Source: Candidatus Nanohalobium constans (lineage in GTDB: Archaea; Nanohalarchaeota; Nanosalinia; Nanosalinales; Nanosalinaceae). From it: 32,000 bases of DNA. The DNA lies in assembly GCF_009617975.1 (NCBI RefSeq), contig NZ_CP040089.1, forward strand, positions 240,001 to 272,000, in the 5' to 3' direction. The notes beneath the pieces were generated by a model, which was not told where the DNA came from, made no database searches, and saw only the letters and a program-made list of their open reading frames with translations. Positions 1 to 8,030 of this stretch are shown piece after piece (position 1 is the first letter of the stretch; the number at the start of each line of letters is the position of its first letter). A program made the position numbers and the translations under genes.

Positions 1-21
1 TTTTTTAGCACCTAGAGTTTT

Positions 22-411
22 TTACTCCTCTTCTTCTTCGTCTTCTTCTGAGTCGAGGAGTTCTCTTGCTTTGCTTGCTACATCTTCGACTTCGTCTTCT
101 GCGTTTCCTGTCTGTGTAATTGCGATTGCCGCGCTTTGGACGTTGATTCCTGCTGCAAGCCCTAGTTCTTCTTTGTCGGGTACGAATGTGTAGTCTGCGT
201 CTCTCTCACTGGCTAGTGCAGGGATGTGCATTACAATTTCCTGTGGGGATACATTTCCTGCGATGACAACCAGTTCGGCGTTGTTTCTTTCGATTGCCTT
301 GGTTACTTCGTTTGTTCCGACTACAACTTTGCCTGTGTCGGCGGCTGTTTCAACTGTATTATAGGTTTTTTCTGCTAGTGACTCGTTTGGTTCGAATTCT
401 TGAAAGCTCAT
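22..411 (-). CDS. rpl7ae: 50S ribosomal protein L7Ae (also a component of box C/D and H/ACA RNPs)
   Basis: The translation contains GTNEVTKAIERNNAELVVIAGNVSPQEIVMHIPALASERDADYTFVPDKEELGLAAG, which is typical of the L7Ae/L30e fold. The ATG at 411 is preferred over the GTG at 432 used by the ORF track. The C-terminal tail is acidic. Confidence 0.9.
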   Translation of the reverse strand: MSFQEFEPNESLAEKTYNTVETAADTGKVVVGTNEVTKAIERNNAELVVIAGNVSPQEIVMHIPALASERDADYTFVPDKEELGLAAGINVQSAAIAITQTGNAEDEVEDVASKARELLDSEEDEEEEE

Positions 412-511
412 TGTTAATTTAACACCTTTCACAAAAACCTTGGATCATCAAGGGATATAATCAACTAAATGGAAAGAACTTTTTTATACCACATTAAGGA
501 AATGTGTTATT

Positions 512-739
512 CTATTGTTGTTCGGGGTCGTATTCTGCTAGTTTTTCGTTTTCGATCCAGTCGAGTTCTTCTTCTATTTCTCGGATGATTAGGTTGAGTT
601 CGTGTCTTTGGCTGTCGGTGTCTGCGTTTTTGGTTTCTAGATGTGTTATTAGTTCGTCTTTGAGTAGTTGGAGTAGTTTTTGCTCTGAGTTTGCGTCGGC
701 GTATTCTTCTAGAACTTCTTTTACTTCAGCCTGTTTCAT
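512..739 (-). CDS. hypothetical small acidic helical protein (75 aa)
   Basis: Intact ATG ORF on the coding-dominant strand with acidic composition like its neighbours. I do not recognise a family. Confidence 0.5.
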   Translation of the reverse strand: MKQAEVKEVLEEYADANSEQKLLQLLKDELITHLETKNADTDSQRHELNLIIREIEEELDWIENEKLAEYDPEQQ

Positions 740-765
740 ATGGAAGAATTGGGGTTGACAGTTTT

Positions 766-1569
766 TTAGTTGTTTCTAAGTGTCTGTTGTATTCTGTCTC
801 TGCGTGCTTGGAACTCGTCTACGATTTGCTCTGCTTCTGTCATGGTTTCTTGGTCGTCTTTTATCCCTGATTCGAGGTGTTGCATTACGTCGTCCATTTC
901 GGTGGTTAGGTAGTGCATTTCTTCGATCATTTTCTTGATGTCTTCAAATTTTTCTACTTCGAGGAATAATGGTTCTTCTCCTGATTTTTCAGGGTTGTCG
1001 TTTGTTTGTTTGTCCTGAGTCATGTCTAGTTCGGTTATATTGTTTTCTGTGGCTGTTTCATCTGTTTCAGGTTCTTCTCCTGTGTTGTCTGTTGTTGTTT
1101 TTGAGGAGGGCTGTGTCTGTGTGTTTTGTGTCTGGTCGTGTTTTCTCTGTGAGTCGTGCTGTGTCTGGGATTTCTCTAGGGAGTTTATCTCTTGTTCGAT
1201 TTCGCTCTGCATTTCCTCAAACTTTCTGTCTAGATTGTTTCGTTCCTGCTGTTGCGGCGGGTTTGTTTCCGAGTTATCTGAGTTTTCCTGCATTTCCTGC
1301 AGCTCGTTTTGCGGGTTCATCTGCAGTCCTTCTTCTACCTGTGAAATATCTTCGGACTCATTTTGTTCTGTTAAACTGTCTTGTCCTGTATCTAGTTCTT
1401 CGGATTCTCTGTTCTGATCTGGTTCTTTTCCGCCTGTGACTTGCTGGCTTATCTCTTCAAGCTCGTTTTCCTGGCTTTCTTCCTGGTTTTGACCTTCGTT
1501 CACCAGTTGCTTGATCTCTTCCATATTCTCCTCAAGTTTCTCTTTATCGCCGTTACCCAAGTCAAACAT
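766..1569 (-). CDS. hypothetical highly acidic protein, Q/E/T-rich and low-complexity, with a helical C-terminal domain
   Basis: Long ORF with an ATG at 1569 (MFDLGNGD...). A TATA-like box (CTTTATAC, 1594-1601) lies about 28 nt upstream. The central ~170 aa are compositionally biased. The C-terminal ~70 aa (PLFLEVEKFEDIKKMIEEMHYL...) look ordered. Confidence 0.6.
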   Translation of the reverse strand: MFDLGNGDKEKLEENMEEIKQLVNEGQNQEESQENELEEISQQVTGGKEPDQNRESEELDTGQDSLTEQNESEDISQVEEGLQMNPQNELQEMQENSDNSETNPPQQQERNNLDRKFEEMQSEIEQEINSLEKSQTQHDSQRKHDQTQNTQTQPSSKTTTDNTGEEPETDETATENNITELDMTQDKQTNDNPEKSGEEPLFLEVEKFEDIKKMIEEMHYLTTEMDDVMQHLESGIKDDQETMTEAEQIVDEFQARRDRIQQTLRNN

Positions 1570-1669
1570 GTATACCAAATATGAATCGACCGTGTATAAA
1601 GCTAACCGGTTGACAGTTCTCAGAAATCAGATAGAAATCAAAAGTAGAAAAATTAAATGCTGGAAGAAA

Positions 1670-2284
1670 TTATTCTTCCTCGTCTTCTTCCCGCTCAATC
1701 TCTGGAGTGAACAAGTCTTTGTCCTTCTTCAGCTCCATGCCTTTTGCCTCAAGCATTTCACGAGCCAGCAAGTAGTAAACCATTCCGATAGATTTCTCAG
1801 ACTTGTTGTTAGCTGGGATAGCAAGATCAATATCGTCCAACTTGTTCTCTGAGTCTGCGATTGAGATAACTTCTTTGTTAGTCTGAGCAGCTTCTCTGAT
1901 AGCCTGAGCATCAGTCTCAGGATCAGTTACGACAATTATTTCTGGTTCTGTAAAGTTTTCGGACTCTGGGTTGGTGAAACTACCAGGCATAAATCTTCCA
2001 ATAACAGTTTTAACGCCTGTAGCCTTTGAGAACTCGTCAATAGCATTCTTTGCTTCATCCTTTCTTCCGATTACAAGGATGTCTTCTGGTTCGTATTCTG
2101 CCAGTTTTTCAGCAGCTTTTCTAATCTGTACATCTGTGTCTTCTAGGTTAATTACTGCTAACTGGTTCTTTTTCACGTGGAAAATATAGTCTTCCATGTC
2201 GTTGTGCTGGGCTTTTGTCCCTATGTGAACACCGTGTGCTAAGTAATCATCACGGTCGATCAGGAGTTCTTCATCTTCGCTCAT
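1670..2284 (-). CDS. rps2: 30S ribosomal protein S2 (uS2)
   Basis: Contains LLIDRDDYLAHGVHIGTKAQHNDMEDYIF...GRFMPGSFTNP...VVTDPETDAQAIREA, the S2 signature. The ATG at 2284 (MSEDEELL) lies ~27 nt from a TATA-like box at 2309-2316. The track start at 2305 is an alternative. Confidence 0.92.
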   Translation of the reverse strand: MSEDEELLIDRDDYLAHGVHIGTKAQHNDMEDYIFHVKKNQLAVINLEDTDVQIRKAAEKLAEYEPEDILVIGRKDEAKNAIDEFSKATGVKTVIGRFMPGSFTNPESENFTEPEIIVVTDPETDAQAIREAAQTNKEVISIADSENKLDDIDLAIPANNKSEKSIGMVYYLLAREMLEAKGMELKKDKDLFTPEIEREEDEEE

Positions 2285-2308
2285 ACACAACTCATTCCAA
2301 GACAAAAG

Positions 2309-2316
2309 TTAAATAC
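2309..2316 (-). promoter_or_regulatory. TATA-like box upstream of rps2 (leaderless transcript)
   Basis: The minus strand reads TATTTAAC about 27 nt upstream of the ATG at 2284. The same spacing occurs at many other first-in-operon genes in this window. Confidence 0.45.
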
Positions 2317-2335
2317 CGCCCGCCGCTTTCCGTTC

Positions 2336-2743
2336 TTAGCTACTGGGTACGCCAGAATAAGTTTCTGATTCCAAGTAATTGCCAACTATCTCGGCAACCT
2401 CTTCTCTATATTCGCGACTGACTCTTGAATCAAAATATAATTCAACCGTAAGCTCTCCATTGTCATCTTCGAATTTAACGGATGCTTCAGGGTCTCTGTT
2501 CAGAAAATCAAATATTGTGTCAAAACCGGAGGGTCTCTCAGAAAATACAGCCTCTTTCGGCATCATCCCATCATATTCTGCACTGCTTTCCGAAAACCAA
2601 GGATTTCTAAGCTCTCTTATATCTGAGTGAATCTTTCTAGCTGTCTCCGCTACCGCTTCACTGTCTCCGTACTCGCCTATAAATCTGCCGTCAGGAATAG
2701 CTTCTGAGCTCGTATCGCGGGAACCTCTAATACTTCCTCCCAT
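2336..2743 (-). CDS. hypothetical protein (135 aa)
   Basis: ATG ORF with acidic composition. No recognisable motif. Confidence 0.5.
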   Translation of the reverse strand: MGGSIRGSRDTSSEAIPDGRFIGEYGDSEAVAETARKIHSDIRELRNPWFSESSAEYDGMMPKEAVFSERPSGFDTIFDFLNRDPEASVKFEDDNGELTVELYFDSRVSREYREEVAEIVGNYLESETYSGVPSS

Positions 2744-2787
2744 AAAAACCCGATTATCATTGAAACTTATAATGTAGCTGTATGCCT

Positions 2788-3000
2788 CTATTCTAGCTTT
2801 TCTTCCAATTTATTCAATTCTCTGAAATAAATCCTGCCTCCAAGAACAACTCCAACAACTAACGGCACAGAAAAACGGATAATCCTGCCTGTTTGTGTGT
2901 CAGAAGTCAGATAAAACACTGTTACTGCTGAAGCCATCACTGCTAAAATGCTTAAGACTGCTTCCTTCAGTATTTTACGGTGCTCCTCATTTAACTCCAC
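2788..3000 (-). CDS. small membrane protein (about 2 TM helices)
   Basis: GTG start preceded by GAGGTGA, a strong Shine-Dalgarno sequence that lies within the end of eno. Two hydrophobic stretches are present (AVLSILAVMASAVTVFYL and VPLVVGVVLGG). Confidence 0.55.
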   Translation of the reverse strand: MELNEEHRKILKEAVLSILAVMASAVTVFYLTSDTQTGRIIRFSVPLVVGVVLGGRIYFRELNKLEEKLE

Positions 3001-3006
3001 TTTACT

Positions 3007-4131
3007 TCACCTCTGATTTATCTCAGGTTTCTCAGCTTTATCCCACAACCGGACCAGCTTGTTTAACTTGGCTATTCTTATGTCGGCGATTCCTGCCTTG
3101 ATGACAGGACATTCCCACTCTAGAGCCAGGTCTGAAATCGTTGAGTCGCATGTCTCGCCAGAACGATGGGAAATCACAGGTGTGTAGTCTTCTTCATGGG
3201 CTAGTTCTACTGTGTCTTTGGCATCGGTTACTGTTCCGATCTGGTTAGGCTTTACAATTAATGAGTTGCATGCGCCGTTCGTGATGCCTTCTTCAAGCCG
3301 GTCTTTGTTGGTTGTGAAGAGGTCGTCGCCGCAGATCATTACATCGGGGTTTTTAGCGGTTAAGAGGGCGTGGTGTCGGAAGTCTTCCTCATCGAACGGG
3401 TCTTCTACATATACGAGATCAAACTCGTCTATTAATTCTTGTACAAAGTCTAGGTGTTGTTCTGGGCTGTTGACTCTGTTCATTGAGTCGATTCTGTATT
3501 TGCCGTTCTTATAGAATTCTGAGGCGGCGATGTCTAGACCTATCCTTGCGTCGTGTTTGTCGGCTACTTTTTTCAGCTTTCTCAGTGTTTCTTTGTCGTC
3601 CATTGAGGTTATTAGGGCGCCTTCATCGTTTATTCCTTTTATTTTCTGACTGTATTTTTCTTTGAGTTCTTGGTAGATCTCTGTATTTGTTTTGAGTGCT
3701 TCCGGGAATGTTTTGGCGTTGACTGGCAGTACGAGGAATTCTTGGATGCTTGTGTTGCCACCGTGTTCTCCTCCGCCTATTACATTGCTGAGTGGTAGTG
3801 GGAAGTTTTCTGTGTGTTGGAATCCGGCTGCGTTTTTGAATGCGAAGCTGGCTGCGATACTTACTGCGCCGAGCCTGGAGAAATCATCTGTGCCGTCTAT
3901 TTCCTTTAGTTCCTGGTCGAATTCTTTCTGTGTGAGGTCTCTTCCTTCCAGTTTCTTTTTCATGAGTTTTTCTAGGTCGTCTAGGTGTTCTGGTACATGG
4001 CACTTGGCTTCGTGTTTGCCGGTTGAGGCTCCGGAAGGTGCTTTTCCGTATGAGTTGTTTATTTCGGCTTCTACTGTGGGTTGGGTTCGTGAGTCGATTA
4101 TTTCCCTGAGCTGGATTGAATCAATTCTCAT
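3007..4131 (-). CDS. eno: enolase (phosphopyruvate hydratase), compact 374-aa form
   Basis: Motifs PSGASTGKHEA, DIAASEFY, VEDPFDEEDF, GDDLFTTN, IVKPNQIGTVT and ISHRSGET match the enolase active site and metal ligands. It sits in the conserved archaeal rpoK-eno-rps2 neighbourhood. Confidence 0.9.
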   Translation of the reverse strand: MRIDSIQLREIIDSRTQPTVEAEINNSYGKAPSGASTGKHEAKCHVPEHLDDLEKLMKKKLEGRDLTQKEFDQELKEIDGTDDFSRLGAVSIAASFAFKNAAGFQHTENFPLPLSNVIGGGEHGGNTSIQEFLVLPVNAKTFPEALKTNTEIYQELKEKYSQKIKGINDEGALITSMDDKETLRKLKKVADKHDARIGLDIAASEFYKNGKYRIDSMNRVNSPEQHLDFVQELIDEFDLVYVEDPFDEEDFRHHALLTAKNPDVMICGDDLFTTNKDRLEEGITNGACNSLIVKPNQIGTVTDAKDTVELAHEEDYTPVISHRSGETCDSTISDLALEWECPVIKAGIADIRIAKLNKLVRLWDKAEKPEINQR

Positions 4132-4209
4132 GTAGAAGAACTATCGGTACTGGGTTAAAGAACTTAGTGGAAACAGAAAGGTAGAAAGTAAAAGTTGGAT
4201 ATGTAAGAT

Positions 4210-4377
4210 CTATTTTTTGACTGTGAGCGGGAGTTTTCCAGCTTCCATTTCTCTTTCTGCGATTTTCTTGGGTTCTTCGTTGCTTTCTGCGTCTACGAAT
4301 GCTGGTGCACCCATTGATAGTTGTAGGCTTCTTGCTCCTAGGATTCGTGCCCTTTCGTATCTTGTGTATTCTGTCAT
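4210..4377 (-). CDS. rpoK: DNA-directed RNA polymerase subunit K (Rpo6)
   Basis: Hand translation gives MTEYTRYERARILGARSLQLSMGAPAFVDAESNEEPKKIAEREMEAGKLPLTVKK (55 aa). The YERARI.GAR.LQ.SMGAP core is the Rpo6 signature. GAGGTGA lies 9 nt upstream. It falls below the 60-aa cutoff of the ORF track. Confidence 0.85.
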   Translation of the reverse strand: MTEYTRYERARILGARSLQLSMGAPAFVDAESNEEPKKIAEREMEAGKLPLTVKK

Positions 4378-4403
4378 ATTTTTTGTCACCTCGCTGAAGT
4401 TTT

Positions 4404-5171
4404 TTATCCGATGTAGCCAAGGTCTCCTCCCTGGCTTTGGTCTTCTTCCGGATTCTGTTTCTTCTTCAGGTTTTGAAGTTTTTTAAGCACTTCCTGGCTT
4501 TCCTCAACCTTATCATCTAAATCGCTGTAATCTAGGTCAAGTTCCAAGATCTCTTCCATGGTTTCAAGTACTTTCTCAGTGCTTTTAGGGTCGCTTAGCA
4601 GGAATCCTGGCGTTTCTCCGAGTAGACAGATTCCGTTGATCCCTCTCTCCTGTGCGTTCCCAATCAGGAGTCCTGAGATGCCGACGATCTGTCCTACATC
4701 GTGCTCGAACTCTATTCCGTGGTCTGAGTATTTTTCTTTGACTTCTTCAGTAGTGACGGCGCCGAATACTTCCGGTTTTTCAACTACTTCGCCTGTTCCG
4801 TAGCCTCCAATAGTAAGAATTTCATTTGAACCTACATCCTCAGCTAGCTCAGTAACTTTCCCTGCGACCTCGTGATGACCTTCAGGTGTTGATGCCTGTG
4901 CATTTCCTTCTAAAAGGATTAGATCTCGTGCGTCGTCTCTCTGAAGCTGGTAGAGTTTGTTCTTGATTACCTCGACTGTTGCGTCGTCGTTTATTACTGT
5001 GTGCGGCGGGAAGTGATGGCTTTTGATCTCTCCGATCTGTTCTGCTTCTGTCTGGTCGGCGATATATGATACGGTGTTTCTTCCTATGTGGCCTATTCCT
5101 GCCAGTCCTTCTACGAATACCGGGTTTTCTACTTCTGGTTCTTTCTCTAGGTTGATTGTTGTCTTATCCAT
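4404..5171 (-). CDS. PAC2-family protein (proteasome-assembly-chaperone-like, COG1938-type)
   Basis: Contains NPVFVEGLAGIGHIGRNTV...LLEGNAQ...GGYGTG...GISGLLIG...CLLGETPG, resembling archaeal PAC2/PbaB-like proteins. It occupies the conserved position next to nop10 and aIF2-alpha. The tail ends in GYIG. Confidence 0.6.
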   Translation of the reverse strand: MDKTTINLEKEPEVENPVFVEGLAGIGHIGRNTVSYIADQTEAEQIGEIKSHHFPPHTVINDDATVEVIKNKLYQLQRDDARDLILLEGNAQASTPEGHHEVAGKVTELAEDVGSNEILTIGGYGTGEVVEKPEVFGAVTTEEVKEKYSDHGIEFEHDVGQIVGISGLLIGNAQERGINGICLLGETPGFLLSDPKSTEKVLETMEEILELDLDYSDLDDKVEESQEVLKKLQNLKKKQNPEEDQSQGGDLGYIG

Positions 5172-5182
5172 AAAATCACCTT

Positions 5183-5329
5183 TTAATTTTCTCCTTTTTT
5201 GGCTTTTCGCCGATACTCTCCGTACTTGTCAGGGAAAGAAAACTTCGGGGGTCTCGCCTTCTCAGTTTTACTGCTGCAGTGTTCTTCTTTCAAGGTATAA
5301 CTGCTGCAGCTACCACATTTTCTGATCAT
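5183..5329 (-). CDS. nop10: H/ACA RNP protein Nop10
   Basis: Hand translation gives MIRKCGSCSSYTLKEEHCSSKTEKARPPKFSFPDKYGEYRRKAKKGEN (48 aa). The YTL....RPPKFSxxDKYxxYRR motif is the Nop10 signature. The gene starts 5 nt after aIF2-alpha. It was missed by the ORF track. Confidence 0.8.
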   Translation of the reverse strand: MIRKCGSCSSYTLKEEHCSSKTEKARPPKFSFPDKYGEYRRKAKKGEN

Positions 5330-5334
5330 AAATT

Positions 5335-6090
5335 TTAAGCCCGTGAGAACTCGAATCTGCCGTCTAATTCATCGGCTTTACTTCGGATCTTTTCTACGGC
5401 TTCATCCATACGCTTTTTCGCTAGTTCCTGAGTTCTGCCCCAGGAAGTAATCGAGTAATCTGGTGCGGAAACATACTTTACCTCGACACCTTCGCCGAGG
5501 TCTTCCAGAGAGTCTTTAATCTTCTGGATGCCGTTCTCAGAGGTAAACTCAAGTTCGATCTCGCCTTCAAACTTCTCCTGCTTCAAATCAATGTTTTTCT
5601 TCGCGACTTCCTGGACAGCCTCAACTACATCCTCGTCGAGGAACTCTTTCAGCCTATCTTCCTCAGCTGTGGAAATCTCGAATCCGTGGAATGCAGAACC
5701 GACTTCTCTCTGCATAGGGAAGACAACTTCCTCAAAGATCTCATCCTTGTCCATGTCTAATTCTTCATGCAGGTCTTCGACAAATTTCTCCGCCTTCTGC
5801 TCCTTGTTCCAGCGGCTCATCGCCTCTCTCTTATTATTATCATTTACACGCTTCAAGGAAAGTGTGATAGTATCGTCATCAACATCAATTACCTGGGCAA
5901 CAGTCTTCTCGCCCTCATCAATCTCTCTTGTTAAGTCTTCGACCCAGCTACGAGAAGCCTCACTGATGTGAATTAATCCTGAAACATCTTCGTATTCATC
6001 TAAGTCAGCGTAAGCTGAGTTCTTATCAACATCCGAAATTGTGACAACAATCAAGTCGCCCTCATCCGGCCTATCCTTATACCAACGCAT
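5335..6090 (-). CDS. eif2a: translation initiation factor aIF2 alpha subunit
   Basis: N-terminal S1 domain (PDEGDLIVVTISDVDKNSAYADLDEYEDVSGLIHISEASRSWV). Length and the L44e-S27e-aIF2a-Nop10 synteny both fit. Confidence 0.9.
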   Translation of the reverse strand: MRWYKDRPDEGDLIVVTISDVDKNSAYADLDEYEDVSGLIHISEASRSWVEDLTREIDEGEKTVAQVIDVDDDTITLSLKRVNDNNKREAMSRWNKEQKAEKFVEDLHEELDMDKDEIFEEVVFPMQREVGSAFHGFEISTAEEDRLKEFLDEDVVEAVQEVAKKNIDLKQEKFEGEIELEFTSENGIQKIKDSLEDLGEGVEVKYVSAPDYSITSWGRTQELAKKRMDEAVEKIRSKADELDGRFEFSRA

Positions 6091-6112
6091 AGAAACTAAA
6101 AGAGAAGTGATT

Positions 6113-6121
6113 CTTAAAAAG
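6113..6121 (-). promoter_or_regulatory. TATA-like box in front of eif2a (internal or secondary promoter; eif2a also follows rps27e on the same strand)
   Basis: The minus strand reads CTTTTTAAG about 27 nt upstream of the ATG at 6090. Confidence 0.45.
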
Positions 6122-6142
6122 TCGGTTTATTAGTTAGATAGA

Positions 6143-6150
6143 GTTAAATC
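6143..6150 (+). promoter_or_regulatory. TATA-like box for the divergent NUDIX gene
   Basis: GTTAAATC lies 26 nt upstream of the ATG at 6173. Confidence 0.45.
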
Positions 6151-6172
6151 TCTAATCAGTAACTAATCGAAT

Positions 6173-6601
6173 ATGAGTCATGGAAGGTTTCGTGTGGTTG
6201 TCAAAGCTCTGATAACTCGGAGTGGTGAAGTTCTAATAGGCAGGAAAGAAGAGGAGGAAGGACATCCAATCAGCGGTCAGTGGCACCTGCTTGGTGGCCA
6301 CTTAGAACATGGTGAATCTCTTCATGAATCTGTTAAAAGGGAGGTAAAGGAGGAGACAGCTTTGGATGTAGATGTATCTTCTTTAGTTGAGTCTACTACT
6401 TTCGCATGGGGAGAAGACCAGGAAACAAATAGTATCCAGTATCTTTTCCATTGTGAGGTCTCACAAGGCGAGGCACAACCCAAAGATGATTTAGCTGATG
6501 TCAAATGGGTTAAACCATCAAATCTTGTTGAAGAACTTGGCGAAGAGGAAGCTGAAAGAGTAAAGGAAAGCGAGAAACAGAAAAATTTGTCAGAAAATTA
6601 G
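6173..6601 (+). CDS. NUDIX hydrolase (paralog 1)
   Basis: Nudix box GGHLEHGESLHESVKREVKEETAL (GX5EX7REUXEEXGU). Confidence 0.85.
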   Translation: MSHGRFRVVVKALITRSGEVLIGRKEEEEGHPISGQWHLLGGHLEHGESLHESVKREVKEETALDVDVSSLVESTTFAWGEDQETNSIQYLFHCEVSQGEAQPKDDLADVKWVKPSNLVEELGEEEAERVKESEKQKNLSEN

Positions 6602-6618
6602 AGTAGAAGATAGAAAAT

Positions 6619-6792
6619 TTATTCTACTTCTAGTGTCTCGATGATGTCTGCGTTGAGTTCTGCTTTGCCGCCTGTTGGCTTTGCGATTGCTGTGCTGCAG
6701 ATCATGCAGTCGACTTCTGTTGCGGTTCTTGAGAATACTGTCTGCTCGTTGCCGCATTCGCCGCATGAGACTCTGTAAAAATTTCGTGCCAT
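6619..6792 (-). CDS. rps27e: 30S ribosomal protein S27e
   Basis: Hand translation gives MARNFYRVSCGECGNEQTVFSRTATEVDCMICSTAIAKPTGGKAELNADIIETLEVE (57 aa). It has a C4 zinc ribbon and the PTGGKA motif. AGGTGA lies 9 nt upstream. The track instead lists a spurious basic ORF in another frame. Confidence 0.85.
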   Translation of the reverse strand: MARNFYRVSCGECGNEQTVFSRTATEVDCMICSTAIAKPTGGKAELNADIIETLEVE

Positions 6793-6807
6793 AATAATTT
6801 TTCACCT

Positions 6808-7110
6808 CTATCTTTCTATTTCGAATTTTGCTGCTCTTGGCTGGTTTCTAGGCTTCCAACTCTTTCCACACTCCTTACAGCTGAATTGTAGGTCGTGCTT
6901 GCTGGATGTTGGATTACTTTTTCCTCTGGCGAGGTGTGATGGGTCTTCGAACGGGAAGCTTCCGTATCCGTTGTCAATTTTTCTCTGACGCTTCCTGTGC
7001 TTCTTACTCCAAGGTGAAGCACTTTGATTCGTCGCCTCTTTTACAGTTTGGTCCGTGTGCTCATCGCAGGTCGGGCAATACCTTCGCTGCTCTTTCGGAA
7101 TCTTTACCAT
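6808..7110 (-). CDS. rpl44e: 50S ribosomal protein L44e (eL42)
   Basis: Contains MVKIPKEQRRYCPTCDEHT...GYGSFP...FSCKECGKSW, the eL42 zinc ribbon pattern. The start at the internal ATG (7110) is preferred over 7119. Confidence 0.9.
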   Translation of the reverse strand: MVKIPKEQRRYCPTCDEHTDQTVKEATNQSASPWSKKHRKRQRKIDNGYGSFPFEDPSHLARGKSNPTSSKHDLQFSCKECGKSWKPRNQPRAAKFEIER

Positions 7111-7146
7111 ATCAAACAACTCCTCGGTTAAACTTTAAAAGCCCTC

Positions 7147-7611
7147 TCAACTTGGAGTCTGGTTGTGTTGTTTTATTGCTTCAAGCGCGGCTTTTCTCAG
7201 GTTTTCGGGTATATTATCTAACTGCTTTAATTCTTCCTTAGAGAACCACTTTTGTCCGTCGTGTTCGTGGCTGTGGGTTGCTTCCTTCTTCTCTTTGGGC
7301 TTCGTGAGGTAGAGGAATGAGCAGTGCATATGATCTTCTGAGATATTATGTAAGTTCACATTGAATGGTTTAGGCAGGTTTTCTGAGTCAGGAGCTTCAA
7401 AATCAGGTTTTTCTAGGAATTCTACCTTTACTCCTGTCTCTTCCAGTGTTTCTCTCCTAGCGGTTTCATCTGGAGTCTCATCTTCTTCCACATGACCTCC
7501 CGGCTGAAGCCATTTACCTAGTTTCGAATGATTCATCAGGAGTATCTCTCCATCTTCCACTACGAGACAACCAGCTGTAAAATCCATGTCAGCGTCGTCG
7601 GGGACTCTCAT
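7147..7611 (-). CDS. NUDIX hydrolase (paralog 2)
   Basis: Nudix box GGHVEEDETPDETARRETLEETGV. Its ATG lies 2 nt after the stop of the upstream PIN gene. Confidence 0.85.
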   Translation of the reverse strand: MRVPDDADMDFTAGCLVVEDGEILLMNHSKLGKWLQPGGHVEEDETPDETARRETLEETGVKVEFLEKPDFEAPDSENLPKPFNVNLHNISEDHMHCSFLYLTKPKEKKEATHSHEHDGQKWFSKEELKQLDNIPENLRKAALEAIKQHNQTPS

Positions 7612-7613
7612 GG

Positions 7614-8030
7614 TTAACTTTCTCCATGTAGTTCTATTATTTCTTCCGTGTTTTTGACTTCCACTTTTTCTTGTTGCTGCAGATCTTTGTCATCACTCCA
7701 GATCTTGCATTCTTTGTGGAGGGCTACTGCTAGGAAAGGCACATCCTTGATATCTTCCTCACCAATCAAATTTTCGGCTTTCTCTAGTTTATGTTCATAG
7801 CTTTCTATTGGTAGAACTTCTACTTCACCGAGAACTAGGTTTAGCAAAGTTTCAACTTCGCTTTCCTTCAAACCGGATTTCTCTGTTATTAGTTCTTCGT
7901 ATTTTTCTACTTCTGTTCTCAGAAACTCTGGTGCGTAGAATCTGTGATTAGAGTCGAGAATTATTTTCCTTGTTAAACTGTCTCTGATCAGGGCAGAGAT
8001 GACTATGTTACTGTCAATTACAAGCTCCAT
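7614..8030 (-). CDS. vapC: PIN-domain protein (VapC-like toxin)
   Basis: N-terminal LVIDSNIVISALI and a distal DVPFLAVAL...WSDDKDL give the acidic PIN signature. It follows an RHH antitoxin gene with a TAATG overlap. Confidence 0.75.
   Translation of the reverse strand: MELVIDSNIVISALIRDSLTRKIILDSNHRFYAPEFLRTEVEKYEELITEKSGLKESEVETLLNLVLGEVEVLPIESYEHKLEKAENLIGEEDIKDVPFLAVALHKECKIWSDDKDLQQQEKVEVKNTEEIIELHGES

Noticed and set aside
4121-4420. 99-aa minus-strand ORF (with the 4217-4486 plus-strand ORF) between eno and the PAC2 gene.
   Set aside because: It is highly basic (R/K-rich), unlike the rest of the proteome. Another frame on the same strand encodes a textbook RpoK preceded by a Shine-Dalgarno sequence.
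6590-6805. 71-aa basic minus-strand ORF.
   Set aside because: A different frame on the same strand gives ribosomal protein S27e, with its zinc ribbon and a Shine-Dalgarno sequence.
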